DNA of 64,000 nt from Eledone cirrhosa (GCA_964016885.1 OZ024764.1:7440001-7504000), one strand, 5' to 3'; positions 12,709 through 24,960 are shown, counted from the stretch's first letter. The notes: a model not told the origin generated them from the letters alone. Made by a program: numbers and translations.

Positions 12709-13752
12709 CGACTGTAACAGATACTGTCCAGTGAACACAAGCCTCGTCATATATGAACAATGGACATCTTTTCATTGTATCGACCACATAAAATTTGGTC
12801 AAGATTTATTCGATGTATGCCACAAAATCCTGCCAAAGAAAAACACATTACATATCACAGGTCTCCCAAGCAGTGGCAAGAGCTACATTCTTTATAGCAT
12901 AAGAAATGGTTTAATGAATTGTGGCAGAATGAGATGCCAAGCTACAGATAACTTCACTTTCGGTACCTGTGTTGATAAAACTCTCATCTTCACGGACGAA
13001 ATGTGGTTTACAAATACAAATATAGAAGAAGCAAAATGCATCTCGGAGGTAAGTGAAACCTATGTTAATATAAAGCATCAACATGAACAGATCGTGCAGA
13101 GAACACCATGCATCAGTACAGGTAATAGTGACCCATGGGACCGTGTCATGCAAGACGAGGGTGCACTAAAGGCTCGAATGTTCTTATATAATACAAATAA
13201 ACCAATGTCGAAACTCAAAGAATGGGGCCAGAAAGAGTTAAATCCAATGATGTGGCTCACCATATGGCGAGAATACATTAACGACTACACGCATAATAAA
13301 TACATGTCAACAAAATTAGAATCCCTACCAAAAGCAAGCTATTATGAAGAAATGGTTGCCGATTTCTACTCACCAGCGGAACGAATAAATACAAAGAGAC
13401 CAGCGATTGCAAACAAAAATATCAAAGACGAAACAACCAGCAAGAAACTCAAAATTGACGAAACACGCTACCAAAATAAAGATGACGAAATACAGGCATC
13501 AACCTCCGAAATCACGAATAACGAATTAAATTATAACATGGCTAATGATTACTGGGAGACACTACCGTCCGAATGCCACGACAGACCCGTTTGAAGTCAA
13601 CTGCAGAGAAAAGAAACCTGATAGCATCTGTCACCGTGACCTACAATCCAACAGACAATATTGTACTGAACTTGGTACTGCATTTCATCTATGTAACTTT
13701 GATAATAAAACGGATTAAATTTCATTCTTGTCTTGCGTTTGTTATTTCATTA

Positions 13753-15178
13753 GGAATATCCACATTTGTTTCTTTTACAATGATGTTGTGTTTTTCATTC
13801 AGCCATTAATGTCAAGATCCCAACATGGGACTTCATAAATATTTCAGAAATAAATGTCAATATAAATAACTATGGTAAGACAGCTTTAAAACTTACCAAC
13901 AAAAGACAACACTGATATAGAGCTGTTGTTAAGGTCACTTATCACTCAAGTTCCTTATAAAGGTGACACAGCTGTAGAAGTTGAACTGTAAGTTAACAAT
14001 GATCTGGAATATCCACATTTGTTTCTTTTTCATTCAGGCATTAATGTCAAGATCCCACCATGGGTCTTCATAAATATTTCAGAAATAAATGTCAATATAG
14101 ATAACTCTGGTAAGACAGCTTTACAACTTACCAACAAAAGACAACACTAATATAGAGCTGTTAAGGTCACTTATCACTCAAGTTCCTTATAAAGGTGACA
14201 CAGCTGTAGAAGTTGAACTGTAAGTTAACAATGATCTGGAATATCCACATTTGTTTCTTTTACAATGTTTCTTTTTCATTCAGCCATTAATGTCAAGATC
14301 CCACCATGGGTCTTCATAAATATTTCAGAAATAAATGTTAATATAAATAACTATGGTAAGACAGCTTTAGAACTGACCAACAAAAGACAACACTGATATA
14401 GAGCTGTTGTTAAGGTCACTTATCACTCAAGTTCCTTATAAAGGTGACACAGCTGTAGAAGTTGAACTGTAAGTTAACAATGATCTGGAATATCCACATT
14501 TGTTTCTTTTTCATTCAGGCATTAATGTCAAGATCCCACCATGGGTCTTCATAAATATTTCAGAAATAAATGTCAATATAGATAACTCTGGTCAGACAGC
14601 TTTACAACTTACCAACAAAAGACAACACTAATATAGAGCAGTTGTTAAGGTCACTTGTCACTCAAGTTCCTCATAAAGGTGACACAGCTGTAGAAGAAGT
14701 TGAACTGTAAGTTAACAATGATCTGGAATATCGACATTTGTTTCTTTTACAATAATGTTTCTTTTTCATTCAGCCATTAATGTCAAGATCCCACTATGGG
14801 TCTTCATAAATATTTCAGAAATAAATGTTAATATAAATAACTATGGTAAGTCAGCTTTACAACTTACCAACAAAAGACAACACTAATATAGAGCTGTTGT
14901 TAAGGTCACTTATCACTCAAGGTCCTTATAAAGGTGACACAGCTGTAGAAGTTGAACTGTAAGTTAACAATGATCTGGAATATCGACATTTGTTTCTTTT
15001 TCATTCAGCCATTAATGTCAAGATCCCACCATAGGTCTTCATAAATATTTCAGAAATAAATGTTAATATAAATAACTATGGTAAGACAGCTTTACAACTT
15101 ACCAACAAAAGACAACACTAATATAGAGCTGTTAAGGTCACTTATCACTCAAGTTCCTTATAAAGGTGACACAGCTGT
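13753..15178. repeat. Tandem array of ~232-253-bp units (~6 copies, alternating long and short)
   Basis: ggaatatc(c/g)acatttgtttc recurs at 13753, 14006, 14238, 14487, 14725 and 14977. Confidence 0.93.
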
Positions 15179-15179
15179 A

Positions 15180-15650
15180 AAAAATAACGGAGATCCCTAG
15201 CATGGGCGGAGGCTTGTACCAGGACAACGCCCTGCTCATGGTCCGCGGATTCAATAATAGCCAATTAGTTAGACTACACAAACGACTTAGATATATCTTT
15301 AAGACCCAAGGATTAGCGGTAGAAATAGAACCCAACAGTAGGACAGTGAACGTCTTAGACGTCACTTTAGAATTAGACACAGGTGCGACCTCGGCTACGT
15401 TTAACGAGCGCTGGTATAACCACAAAAGCTCCTTTAAACACAGGCCCAAACGATCCCAAACCAGACTGGTGGACTTGATCTGGGACCTCAAAGACAAGAA
15501 CATGGAATACCAGATCAAATGGTCAGTTAAAAGATGCGTGGCCCAACTCCCCAATGACAGAAACCACTGCAGGTTGTGCTTGGCTGAGGCGGCTGAGATC
15601 ATTAAATTGAAATCAGCCATAAACGTTTGCCTATCCGCTAAATACTTAGA
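15180..15650 (+). mobile_element. Internally deleted Penelope-like element (RT fragment joined to GIY-YIG C-terminal fragment)
   Basis: GGLYQDNAL (degenerate GLYRDD), VNVLDVTLEL, then TFNERWYNHKSSF..IWDLKD..IKWS..CRLCLAE. Confidence 0.85.
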
Positions 15651-15994
15651 ATTCCTCCACCTCCCTCCCGACCGGCTTGTCTCCCTTCCCAAAAGGGCAG
15701 TGCACAGCGCAGGCAGGTTCTCAAATTACGAGGAGGTATTCAATACTATGTGGTGGGAAATATTTTGCTGACTAAGATTAATTCTGATTGGATATTAAAA
15801 TATGCTGACGAAATGAAACGTGGCAAAAACAATAGCATATAAATACCATTGCGCGGAAAAATCTGTCACAGAGGCAGAAGGGCCCGCGCTGAAAAGAACA
15901 ACGATACTCCACTGAAACATAAAACCAACAATAATGAATTACGAAGATTTAAAGGCAAGAGATAGCACAATGTTGAACGAACTATCGGTAAGTC

Positions 15995-16490
15995 ATGCCA
16001 TTACATTTACCATTTTATAATTACTGTGGGCCTTACACTAATAACTTTCAAGAGAAACCGATTAACGAATTAGATAACTGCTGCAGACAACACGACTTAC
16101 ATTATGATAAACAAGATATATTAACAGAAGACGCAGATAAAAAATTAATAGACTGTAGTAAGGAAATTAGTGGAGTATCGTCGTTCTTAGGAATATAATT
16201 AAGGCAAAAAATATACTAATGCCTCCTGTCTTTCCTAAAAAAAGAAGAATCGAACAAGAAGAATCGAAAAAAAATCAAGAAGATAGTTGCGACATTTCGG
16301 ATCAAGATTTGATTGACGCAGTTGCACCACAAGACAGCGGAATAAACGAATCTCAAAACATGGGAGATCCTCATGTTGGGCCAGCACCAGGAGGTGCAGC
16401 TCCGATGGCTACAGGAGATCAGCCACCGTCGATAGGAGATAGAAATCCGATAGTAAGCAAAAAATTTTCAAGAACATTCGTACAGAGGAG
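15995..16490 (+). pseudogene. Second endogenous parvovirus-like VP1 fragment with PLA2 domain (EVE2)
   Basis: LPFYNYCGPYT..PINELDNCCRQHDLHY..ADKKLI, then a basic PKKRR motif, a Gly/Ala-rich stretch and SKKFSRTF (compare EVE1 VTFARKF). Confidence 0.8.
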
Positions 16491-16540
16491 CAAGCAGCTG
16501 GCAGGTCGCTTGTTCCTCTCCTCCTTTTTTTGACATAATA

Positions 16541-17015
16541 GTTGTTTCTACGTTAGGCACAAGGCCAGCAATTACCCAGTGCATTATGGAGGCACATGGC
16601 TTAGTGGTTAGAGCATTGGCCTTGCAATCTAAAGATTGTGAGTTCAATTCTCAGACCGGGTGATGTGTTGTTTCCTTGAGCAAGACACTTTATTTCACAT
16701 TGCTCCAGTTTACTCAGCTGTAGAAATGAGATGATAGGGACTGAGGTCCCTATCATTCCACTGCAAAGTGGTCGTGGAGGTGCCACGGCAAAAAAGCACC
16801 CAGCACTCACTGTAAATGAGGTTGGTGTTAGGAAGGGCATCCAGCTGTAGAAATCAAGCCAGCATCAGTTCCCGTCCCACCCTTGCAAGCAGGGAAAAAG
16901 CGGACGTAAAATGAAATGATGATGATGATGATTACTGGTACTTTATTTTATCGACCCCGTAAGGATGAAAGGCAAAGTTAACCTCGGCGGGATTTGAACT
17001 CAGAATGGCAAGTTC
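16541..17015 (-). mobile_element. SINE family A copy interrupted by a nested family B SINE
   Basis: Family A halves at 16541-16587 and 16933-17015. TSD tgacataata at 16531 and 17016. Confidence 0.85.
16588..16932 (+). mobile_element. tRNA-derived SINE family B with RTE-derived 3' tail
   Basis: A box tggcttagtgg, B box gttcaattct, core ccttgagcaagacacttt, and tail cccacccttgcaagcagggaaaaagcggacgtaaaatga(tga)n. Confidence 0.9.
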
Positions 17016-17381
17016 TGACATAATAATAAACTGTAGACACACCAGGAAGAGCACCTTCTCCGCCCAGACATTCAGCCATGTGCCAAGGACTAACCCCGAC
17101 TTGAACTCAACATAGGGATAATCAGAAATGCCTTACCACACCGTCCCTCATTTCAGTACCACTGTTTTCTCTGTGAACAAATTTTTTTTTATATTTTGAA
17201 GTGAATGTGACCTAATGGGTCACAGATGGCCTCGTGTATATATATACTTTGCTCCTATTTTCACGGAGATATTCTTATTTTTGTATTGTATGTGTATGTA
17301 AATTTATATATATATATATATATATATACATATATATGTATGGCTTTATAACTCCATATACAAATAGTTGAGCTCTTTTTC

Positions 17382-19836
17382 TTGTCCATTATCCATATCA
17401 CAATGGAAAAACAATACTTGGGAACTTCTTTAAAGAATATACCATTACCTTCTAAGGATGATTTCTTACTTCTTATGATACAAAAAACCAACCAATTTAT
17501 CAGAAGAGTCAGATGGAGGGCCTACCACTTCGATAAAAAATCAAAATGTACAGATAGGAAATATCTGTATGATTTCACTACATATAAAAATCCACCACAC
17601 AACTCTCTACTTGAAAACTTTGAGAAAGACCTTTTTAATTTAATCAAACACCTCAAATTTAAGAGGTATAAATCTAACTTTCAAAAGGACCTTCATTCTA
17701 CCCTATTGGACCTAAAAAAATCCATGTCCACTCGGACAAAACTGGAAACTTATATCACATGGATATTGAAAATTACAACGAGTTCATATATAAGGAACTC
17801 AGGAAAAATTATAAAAAAACAAATAATGCGTCACTTACCAACATCAACAACAAAACACACAGCATAGTGAATAGACTTAATATTGAAGATAGAACTGAAC
17901 CTTTGGCATTGAAAAGACCACACTTCAACCTGAAAGATCATAAATCAAACTTTAACTATAATCCTTCTATAAGACTTATATGCCCTTCCAAATCCGATAT
18001 TGGAATAATTAGTAAAAAAATTTTAGATAGAGTCGTCCCACAAATAAGAAAATATGTTAATTTACCACTCTGGGAAAACACATCCCAGGTAATTAACTGG
18101 TTTAATAATATTAGATATAAATCCTCTGCTTCAATTTGATATAGATAATTACTATTCTTCTATATCACCTATACTCCTGAACAAAGCCTTGATATTTGCT
18201 AAAAATAGATCTAACTTAACTTTGGATGACATTAATATTATTACACATGCTAGACTAACACTACTGGAATTTCAGAATGAATACTGGACCAGAAACACAT
18301 ATAGTAATCTATTTGATATTACTATGGGCTCAAGCGATTCTGCCCAAATTACTGATCTTGTGGGCCTCTTTCTTCTTTTTAACATAAATGCTTCCTTTCC
18401 CCACCTTAAAGGTGGTTTATATTGTGACGACTGTCTTCTTCTTTCCAATAACCTTAGCCTCCCAGAGATAGAAAAAAACAAAAAGCTTATTAGAACTTTC
18501 CTTAAAGACTATTATAGTCTAGATATTACATTTGAAAACACAAGTAAAGTAGTTAATTTCCTAGATATAACAGACTTATCTACGGGTATCTACCAACCTT
18601 ACCATAAACCCAACCAAAATTTACACTACATACACTCACAATCTAATCACCCTAAATCTATCCTTAAAAACCTTGCATATAATATATCACTTAGAATTTC
18701 TAACCTTTCGTCTAACCAAGATGTATTTGATAAAAATGCGACCTTTTATAACGAAGCTCTAGCTAGAAGTGGCCACAAAAATAGATTGGAATATATACCT
18801 TCTACCAATAACACTACAAACATACAACCTAATATTACCAACAAACACCAAATGAAACGTACACACCTAAATGCCACTCACACTATACCCCAAAATACCA
18901 ACATAAAACCAAATTTCTCTAACTCCTCTAATATACAGTATAGTAACTCTCAAAAAACTACTCATCCTACAACTCTAATAAATGTTAATAATAAAACTCC
19001 TAATAAACAAGCTAAAACACCTAAATCAATAAATCTAACTAAAAATGTGTGTGGAGAGGTCATTAACAATAATTCTCCTAGTAAACATCAGGATGCATCC
19101 TATAAAAACAATAAACAACATAGAAACCGTAATAGACGAGTTACTTGGTATAATGCTCCATTTAATTTACAAGTTAAGGATAATATACCTAAAAAATTCT
19201 TTAATATCCTAGAGAAAAACTTCCCGCCAAACCACAAATACCATCAAATCTTAAATAGATCAACAGTTAAATTCTCATACTCAACAACCAAAAACATAAA
19301 ACAAAATATAAGTGCCTATAATGCATATAAATGTAAAAAAACCCATAAGTATACCACCAATACATCAAACTAGCCATAATATCTCCTCAAATACAGGATT
19401 AACGAAAAGTTGTAACTGTAGAAACAAGGCAAACTGCCCATTAAAAGGAAATTGCCTTGTTAATAACATAGTATATAAATGTAAAGTTAACACTAAGGAC
19501 TCTATTTGTTCATATATAGGAGCTACTTCTAACAATTTTAAGGTAAGATTTAATACCCACAAACATAGTTTTAAAAATGCCGCACTAGCTAATACAACAT
19601 CTCTAGCAGAAAAAATTAATAGTTATAGAAAGAGGAATATAGAATATGACATGACCTGGAGTGTGCTCAAAAGAGCCACCCCTTATCAAAATAGTAGAAA
19701 TGAATGTAGATTGTGTTCCCCAGAACTTTTCGAAATAAGGAAATCTAAGGATATCCTATTAAATAAGCGACAGGAATTAATAATATCGTGTAATCATAAA
19801 CTGAGAAAAACATTTAAATATTATAAACCTAATTAA
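17382..19836 (+). mobile_element. Near full-length Penelope-like retroelement ORF (RT + C-terminal GIY-YIG), frameshifted
   Basis: LKDHKSNF..P.IRLICPSKSDIG, QFDIDNYYSSI, FDITMGS.D.AQI.DLVG, GLYCDD, SNHP, WYNAPF, CNCR...CPL.G.CL, IVYKC..YIG..FK.RF..HK.SF and CRLC..E. Confidence 0.93.
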
Positions 19837-20590
19837 TATACATTTTAGAAATTAATATATAAATTAATTTTAATGTAGTTAATCTATAATTTTAATTTAG
19901 TTAACCTATAATTAAAATTCTACTACAGATGAAATACAAAATATCGTGTAATCATAAACTGAGAAAAACATTTAAATATTATAAACCTAATTAATATACA
20001 CTTTAGAAATTAATATATAGATTAATTTTAATTTAGTTAACCTATTATTAAAATTCTACTACAGACGAAATACAACAAAATATCGTGTAATCATAAACGG
20101 AGAAAAACTTTTAAATATTATAAACCTAATTAATATACACTTTAGAAATTAATATAAAGATTAATTTTAATTTAGTTAACCTATAATTTTACTTTAGTTA
20201 ACTTATAATTAAAATTCTACTACAGATGAAATACATATCGTGTAATCATAAACTGAGAAAAACATTTAAATATAAACCTAATTAATATACATTTTTGAAA
20301 TTAATATATAGATTAATTTTAATTTTGTTAACCTATAATTAAAATTCTACTACAGATAAAATACAAAATTCTGCTTTAAATATTATAAACCTAATTAATA
20401 TACACTATAGAAATTAATATATAAACTATTTTTAATTTAGTTAACCTATAATTAATATTCTACTACCGATGAACTACATAATTCCGCTTTAAATATTATA
20501 AACCTAATTAGTATACACCTTAGAAATTAATATATAAACTATTTTTATTTTAGTTAACCTATAATTAATATTCTAATATGATGAACTACA
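19783..20590 (+). repeat. Tandem duplication (~6 units of 115-160 bp) of the PLE ORF end and 3' UTR
   Basis: atatcgtgtaatcataaactgagaaaaac..tattataaacctaattaata recurs at ~19783, 19941, 20080 and 20235, with shorter units after that. Confidence 0.9.
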
Positions 20591-20993
20591 TAATTTGGCT
20601 TTCCTTCTTACAAATACCATTTCCTAAAACTGATACCATTAAGTAAACACATATAAAGCTTTAACTTCAGGTTATGACTATGTTCCTTGAAACCTATATA
20701 TTTACTATTTCCCACTAATAAATTTAATTCCCCCCCCCCAATAATTATATGTATATGTAAGCGTGGATGTGTGTATGTATGTATATGTGTATGTATGAGA
20801 GTGTAAAAATACATATATATGTATGTGTAGATATATGTATATATGTGTGTGACTGTGTATATATATATATGTCTGTGTGTGTGTGTGGTTTGTATATGTG
20901 TATGTGTGTGTATATATATATATGTATGGGTATATGTTTTACTTATTTTTATGCGTGTGCATGCAAACAGGTCAATATGCGTGAGTGTAAGTA

Positions 20994-21024
<31 letters not shown>

Positions 21025-21584
21025 ACGTATCGAACGTATGGATGTGTAAGTGTGCGTGTGTATATAAGCATGTATATTTTTGCGTTTCTTTTGTGAGACA
21101 TGCGTGTCTGTGTATGTATGTACCCCTTTTTTTGTCTTCTTTTTTTTAGTTTTTTCTTTCTAAAATTTTTTTCTTTCTAATTTATTGTTACATTTTTATA
21201 AATATATCGAGATTGATACTTTCCTTTAATTATTACACTCCCTTACCTCTTTTACTTCCGCATCTAAGTGTACGTGTGTGTAGGCGTGTTTATGCGCACG
21301 CCTTCATATTCATATACTTATGATGTATCTATTCTGTCTGTAGATTACAGACATACAGATACATTTGCCCTAAATTTTAGATTTACACACTTTTTCACTA
21401 TACGTATACATGTGCATACACATATCTGCACATCTGTGAGCGTATTTACATACATATACACACACCTAACTATATTTCTTGATAGATTTTTATATATTTC
21501 AATCTCTATTTCATTTGTCTATTCAAAACCTGTTCCCAAGCAGACCTATTGTATTGAATCTTTGTTCTTATCAATAAACAAGCA

Positions 21585-21726
21585 TCATTATTTCTGAAGA
21601 CAGCATATATATGTGAAGGTATGTATATTCCCTCTGATAGTTTGTATAAATATTGTACATAGATCTATAGAATATGCATACCAATTCTAACACATATATG
21701 TCCTAGAAACGATCGTAAAATAATGA
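21585..21726 (+). ncRNA. Type I hammerhead ribozyme in the 3' region of the PLE
   Basis: Helix I tcattattt/aaataatga; CUGAAGA at 21594-21600; long helix II (catatatatgtg/cacatatatg); GAAAC-gauc-GUA with palindromic helix III. Confidence 0.8.
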
Positions 21727-21799
21727 ACTTTTTTTTGTTTAATATAAGGAACTGTTTCTTTGTTGATTCATTATTTTTTTAATAATTTATATATATATA

Positions 21800-22740
21800 T
21801 AAAGGCCTTTGATAGGGTACCCCGATCTGTCATCTGGTGGTCCCTAAGGAAGCTGGGTGTTGAGGAATGGCTTGTGAGGACAGTGCAAACTTTGTACAGA
21901 GGTACTCTCAGTAAAGTCAGGGTAGGAATGGAGTTTAGTGAGGAATTCCAGATACAAGTAGGAGTACATCAGGGTTCGGTCCTCAGCCCGCTCTTGTTCA
22001 TTATAGTCCTCCAAGCCATAACAGAGGAGTTTAAGACTGGCTGTCCATGGGAACTTCTCTATGCTGACGATCTGGCTCTTATGGCAGAATCAGTAGAGGA
22101 GCTAGAGAATAAATTCCGGCTATGGAAACAGCAGTTGGAAGCAAGAGGACTGAGAGTAAATCTAGCTAAGACAAAAGTGTTGATGAGTAGAAAAGAGGAC
22201 AAAACCCTGATTCCGTCAGGGAAATGGCCATGTTCGATATGCAGAAAAGGAACTGGCATAAATTCTATAAAATGCACACAATGCAGGTCCTGGGTACACA
22301 AGAGATGTAGCGGGATAGCAGGCAAACTAACAGGTAGGGAGAAATATGTATGCAGTAGATGTACAGGGAAATTAGACAGTAGAAGTCGCATGTGCGTGAA
22401 CGACCCAGCATAAATGTGTTGAGAGAGAAACTGTGTCTGAGAGGGATAGAATGTAGTGTACGGGAGAGGAGACTGAGGTGGTATGGACATGTGATGCGCA
22501 TGGAGGATGACCGATGGGTGAAGAAGTGCCAGGAAATGCCAGTTGAAGGAAGACGTGGTAGAGGTAGACCACGAAAAACATGGGCGGAGGTGGTGAGAAC
22601 AGACCTCAGATCATTGAAGCTCACGGTGGAGATGATGAGGGACCGTGACGAGTGGAGAGATGCTGTGCTGAATAAGATCCGTCCCACCCTTGCAAGCAGG
22701 GAAAAGCGGACGTAAAATGATGATGATGATGATGATGATA
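21800..22740 (+). mobile_element. RTE-clade LINE 3' fragment, internally deleted
   Basis: KAFDRVPR, GVHQGSVLSPLLF, LLYADDL, RRLRWYGHVMR and GRGRPRKTW, ending in a (tga)n tail. Confidence 0.93.
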
Positions 22741-22759
22741 TATATATATATATGTGTAG

Positions 22760-23334
22760 GCAAAAAATTCCTAGAGCTCTTAGATAAACATTTCCCTAAA
22801 ACACATAGATACTATATATAAGATCTTCAATAGAAACCGTGTCAAAATTAGCTACTCCTGCCGTCCCCCTATTAAATCTTATATCATCAATAAGAAATCA
22901 CCCAGAGAACATCAAAATTGCTCCTGTAGAGTCAAAAGTGAATGCCCATTACAAGGTAAATGCAACACCAAAGCCATTGTAAATGCGGCTAAAGTGACAA
23001 CCAACCAGCCACCAACGAACGATATGTGGGTATGACACAAGACAAATTCAAAACGCGTTATTACTCACATGTCACATCTTTCCGACAAGCAGAAAAAAGA
23101 TTCACAACAGCTCTGGCTAGCAGAATATGGGATTTGAAAGACCAATATAAATTGGATTGGTCAATTTTGAACCAATCTAAAGAATATGCAAGAGGAACAA
23201 GATGCACACTCTGCATAAGTGAAAAATATTGGATTTTACAGAACGTTAAATCACCAAAAACCTGCCTAAATACAAAAACAAATTTTCACCAGTTGCCCAC
23301 ACATGAAATCACACTTGCTTTCCAGCTCATATAA
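22760..23334 (+). mobile_element. PLE GIY-YIG fragment
   Basis: CSCRVKSECPLQGKC, YVGMT..FKTRYYSH..SF, IWDLKD and CTLCISEK. Confidence 0.85.
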
Positions 23335-24029
23335 ACTTAACTCACTTTCAGATACTTATCCTCCATAAACTCTTATTCTTCACTTTCCTTAAATTATCCT
23401 CTTCACAGACTTCTCTTCCTGATTTACTTTCATTTTTAACTTTATTTTAATTTTTACTTCACAAATGCCTTACCACACCGTCCCTCATTTCAGTACCACT
23501 GTTTTCTCTGTCATATTTTAACATGTAACCCATTGTAACATTCGACCCTCCCGAGAGATGGGCTTTTCTGGGTACCTTCATAGAGAGAAGGATCAAGAGA
23601 AAGAGATAGTGGTTGTGAGAGAAACAGAGAAGGAGAATAGAAGAGAGAGAGAGCTGTTGAGTATATGTATGTGTGTCTATGACCAGTGTATGTAGATCAC
23701 AGACACCCACATATATATACACACACACACATATATATACATACACAAACACACACATTTATATATATATGGGCCTTCCAGTTTCATTTCACATTATATA
23801 CATGTCTGTGTATATTGCAATTATTTAAAAATTATTTTTAAGTGAACATATTTTTAGTAGTACACAAGTAAGTCGATCTCTCTCTCTCTCTATATATATA
23901 TATAGATTATAAAATATGGTAGCAGGATATAACATAAGATATAAAAGGATCGATCGACTTTCATCAAATCGGACCGAGGAAACAATATTTCCGTTGGTCT
24001 TTCCAATTGCTAATACTATCTATTGGTCA

Positions 24030-24165
24030 CAACTCCAGGTAGAAGGAGCAATGTGAAATAAAGTGTCTTGCTCAAGAACATAACGCATCGCCCGGTCCAG
24101 GAATCGAACTCACAACCTCAAGATTGTGAATCCAGTTCTCTAACCACTCAGCCACACGCCTTCAC
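24030..24165 (-). mobile_element. Partial tRNA-derived SINE
   Basis: The reverse complement contains tggttagag, gttcgattcc and cttgagcaagacacttt. Confidence 0.75.
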
Positions 24166-24539
24166 ATATAAGATATAAGGGTGGTGAAATATATATATAC
24201 GTAATTATGGTAGTAGCAGTAGTTGGAAGGAAAAATGAAAAATAAAATAGGAAAAATAAAAAAAAATATAAACATTATGAGAATCATAAAATATGGAATT
24301 ATGAAATATAACATAACATATCAGAAATATATGTGAAACAAATTGCTTTGGTGCTGGATTACCCACATCCAGTAAAGTTTGGGAGATGGTAGTTGTGGGC
24401 AAAAGAGTCTAAACAAGGTAGTGGTGGGGGTTTTTCCATTATTTGCACAATCCGGTACACATTACCCAGTCGGTTAACAGGTATACAGATTGGTATAATT
24501 CTGGGAAAGTGGGGAAAGGATACATTTGAAGTGACAGGC

Positions 24540-24960
24540 TAAACTTTCTCGTATGCAGGCAAGGTGACTGTTTCTTCCCGTGAGTTCAAGACGTTAGTTG
24601 AAGAAGCGAGGATATTTAACTTTTCAGAAGTACACAAGTAGCATCTCGTGCCTAATGTTATAGCCTTTTGCTTCTGCCACAATGCTCCATTTTGATGGTA
24701 GGACCTGTAATGCCACTGTCTTTCAATTATCAAATATATTTTGACAGAGATGTTGAATTCTGCATCCATTTACTATTGAATGCATGCAGGTGTTGAGAGG
24801 AGAAGTGGGATTTAAATTTATTTTCTGGAGAAATCAACAAAGTCAAATTGTACAAACTTGCAGTTGTTTTCGTTGTCTATGCCATTGAATCACTCAATGG
24901 TGGCGTTGCTAGTTTCATTGCTTTAGATTGATAAATCTCCTGATTGTGGTGTCTATATTT
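24540..24960 (-). mobile_element. Decayed PLE fragments (RT and GIY-YIG)
   Basis: RCYLCTSEKLNIL..VLNSR.E; remnants of CKFVQFDFVDF. Confidence 0.65.

Larger units (their letters stand above)
10544..13594 (+). pseudogene. Endogenous parvovirus-like NS1/Rep gene (HUH endonuclease + SF3 helicase), interrupted by two SINEs and a 32-bp array
   Basis: HUH motif DHFHIITW; Walker A GLPSSGKS (12860-12883); Walker B LIFTDE; B'-like VNIKH; motif C CISTGN. AATAAA at ~13704 follows the stop codon. Confidence 0.9.

Noticed and set aside
15800-15842. ctgacga-aat-gaaa hammerhead-like motif
   Set aside because: There is no real stem II, and no NUH in register with helix I.
15995-16198. Host secreted or venom phospholipase A2 gene
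   Set aside because: It has no signal peptide and few Cys residues, and is followed by an NLS-like and capsid-like segment, so a viral PLA2 fits better.
20608-21597. Low-complexity CV/YI ORFs (also ~26185, 48762-49109, 51087 and 56793)
   Set aside because: They are translations of (TA)n/(TG)n microsatellites.
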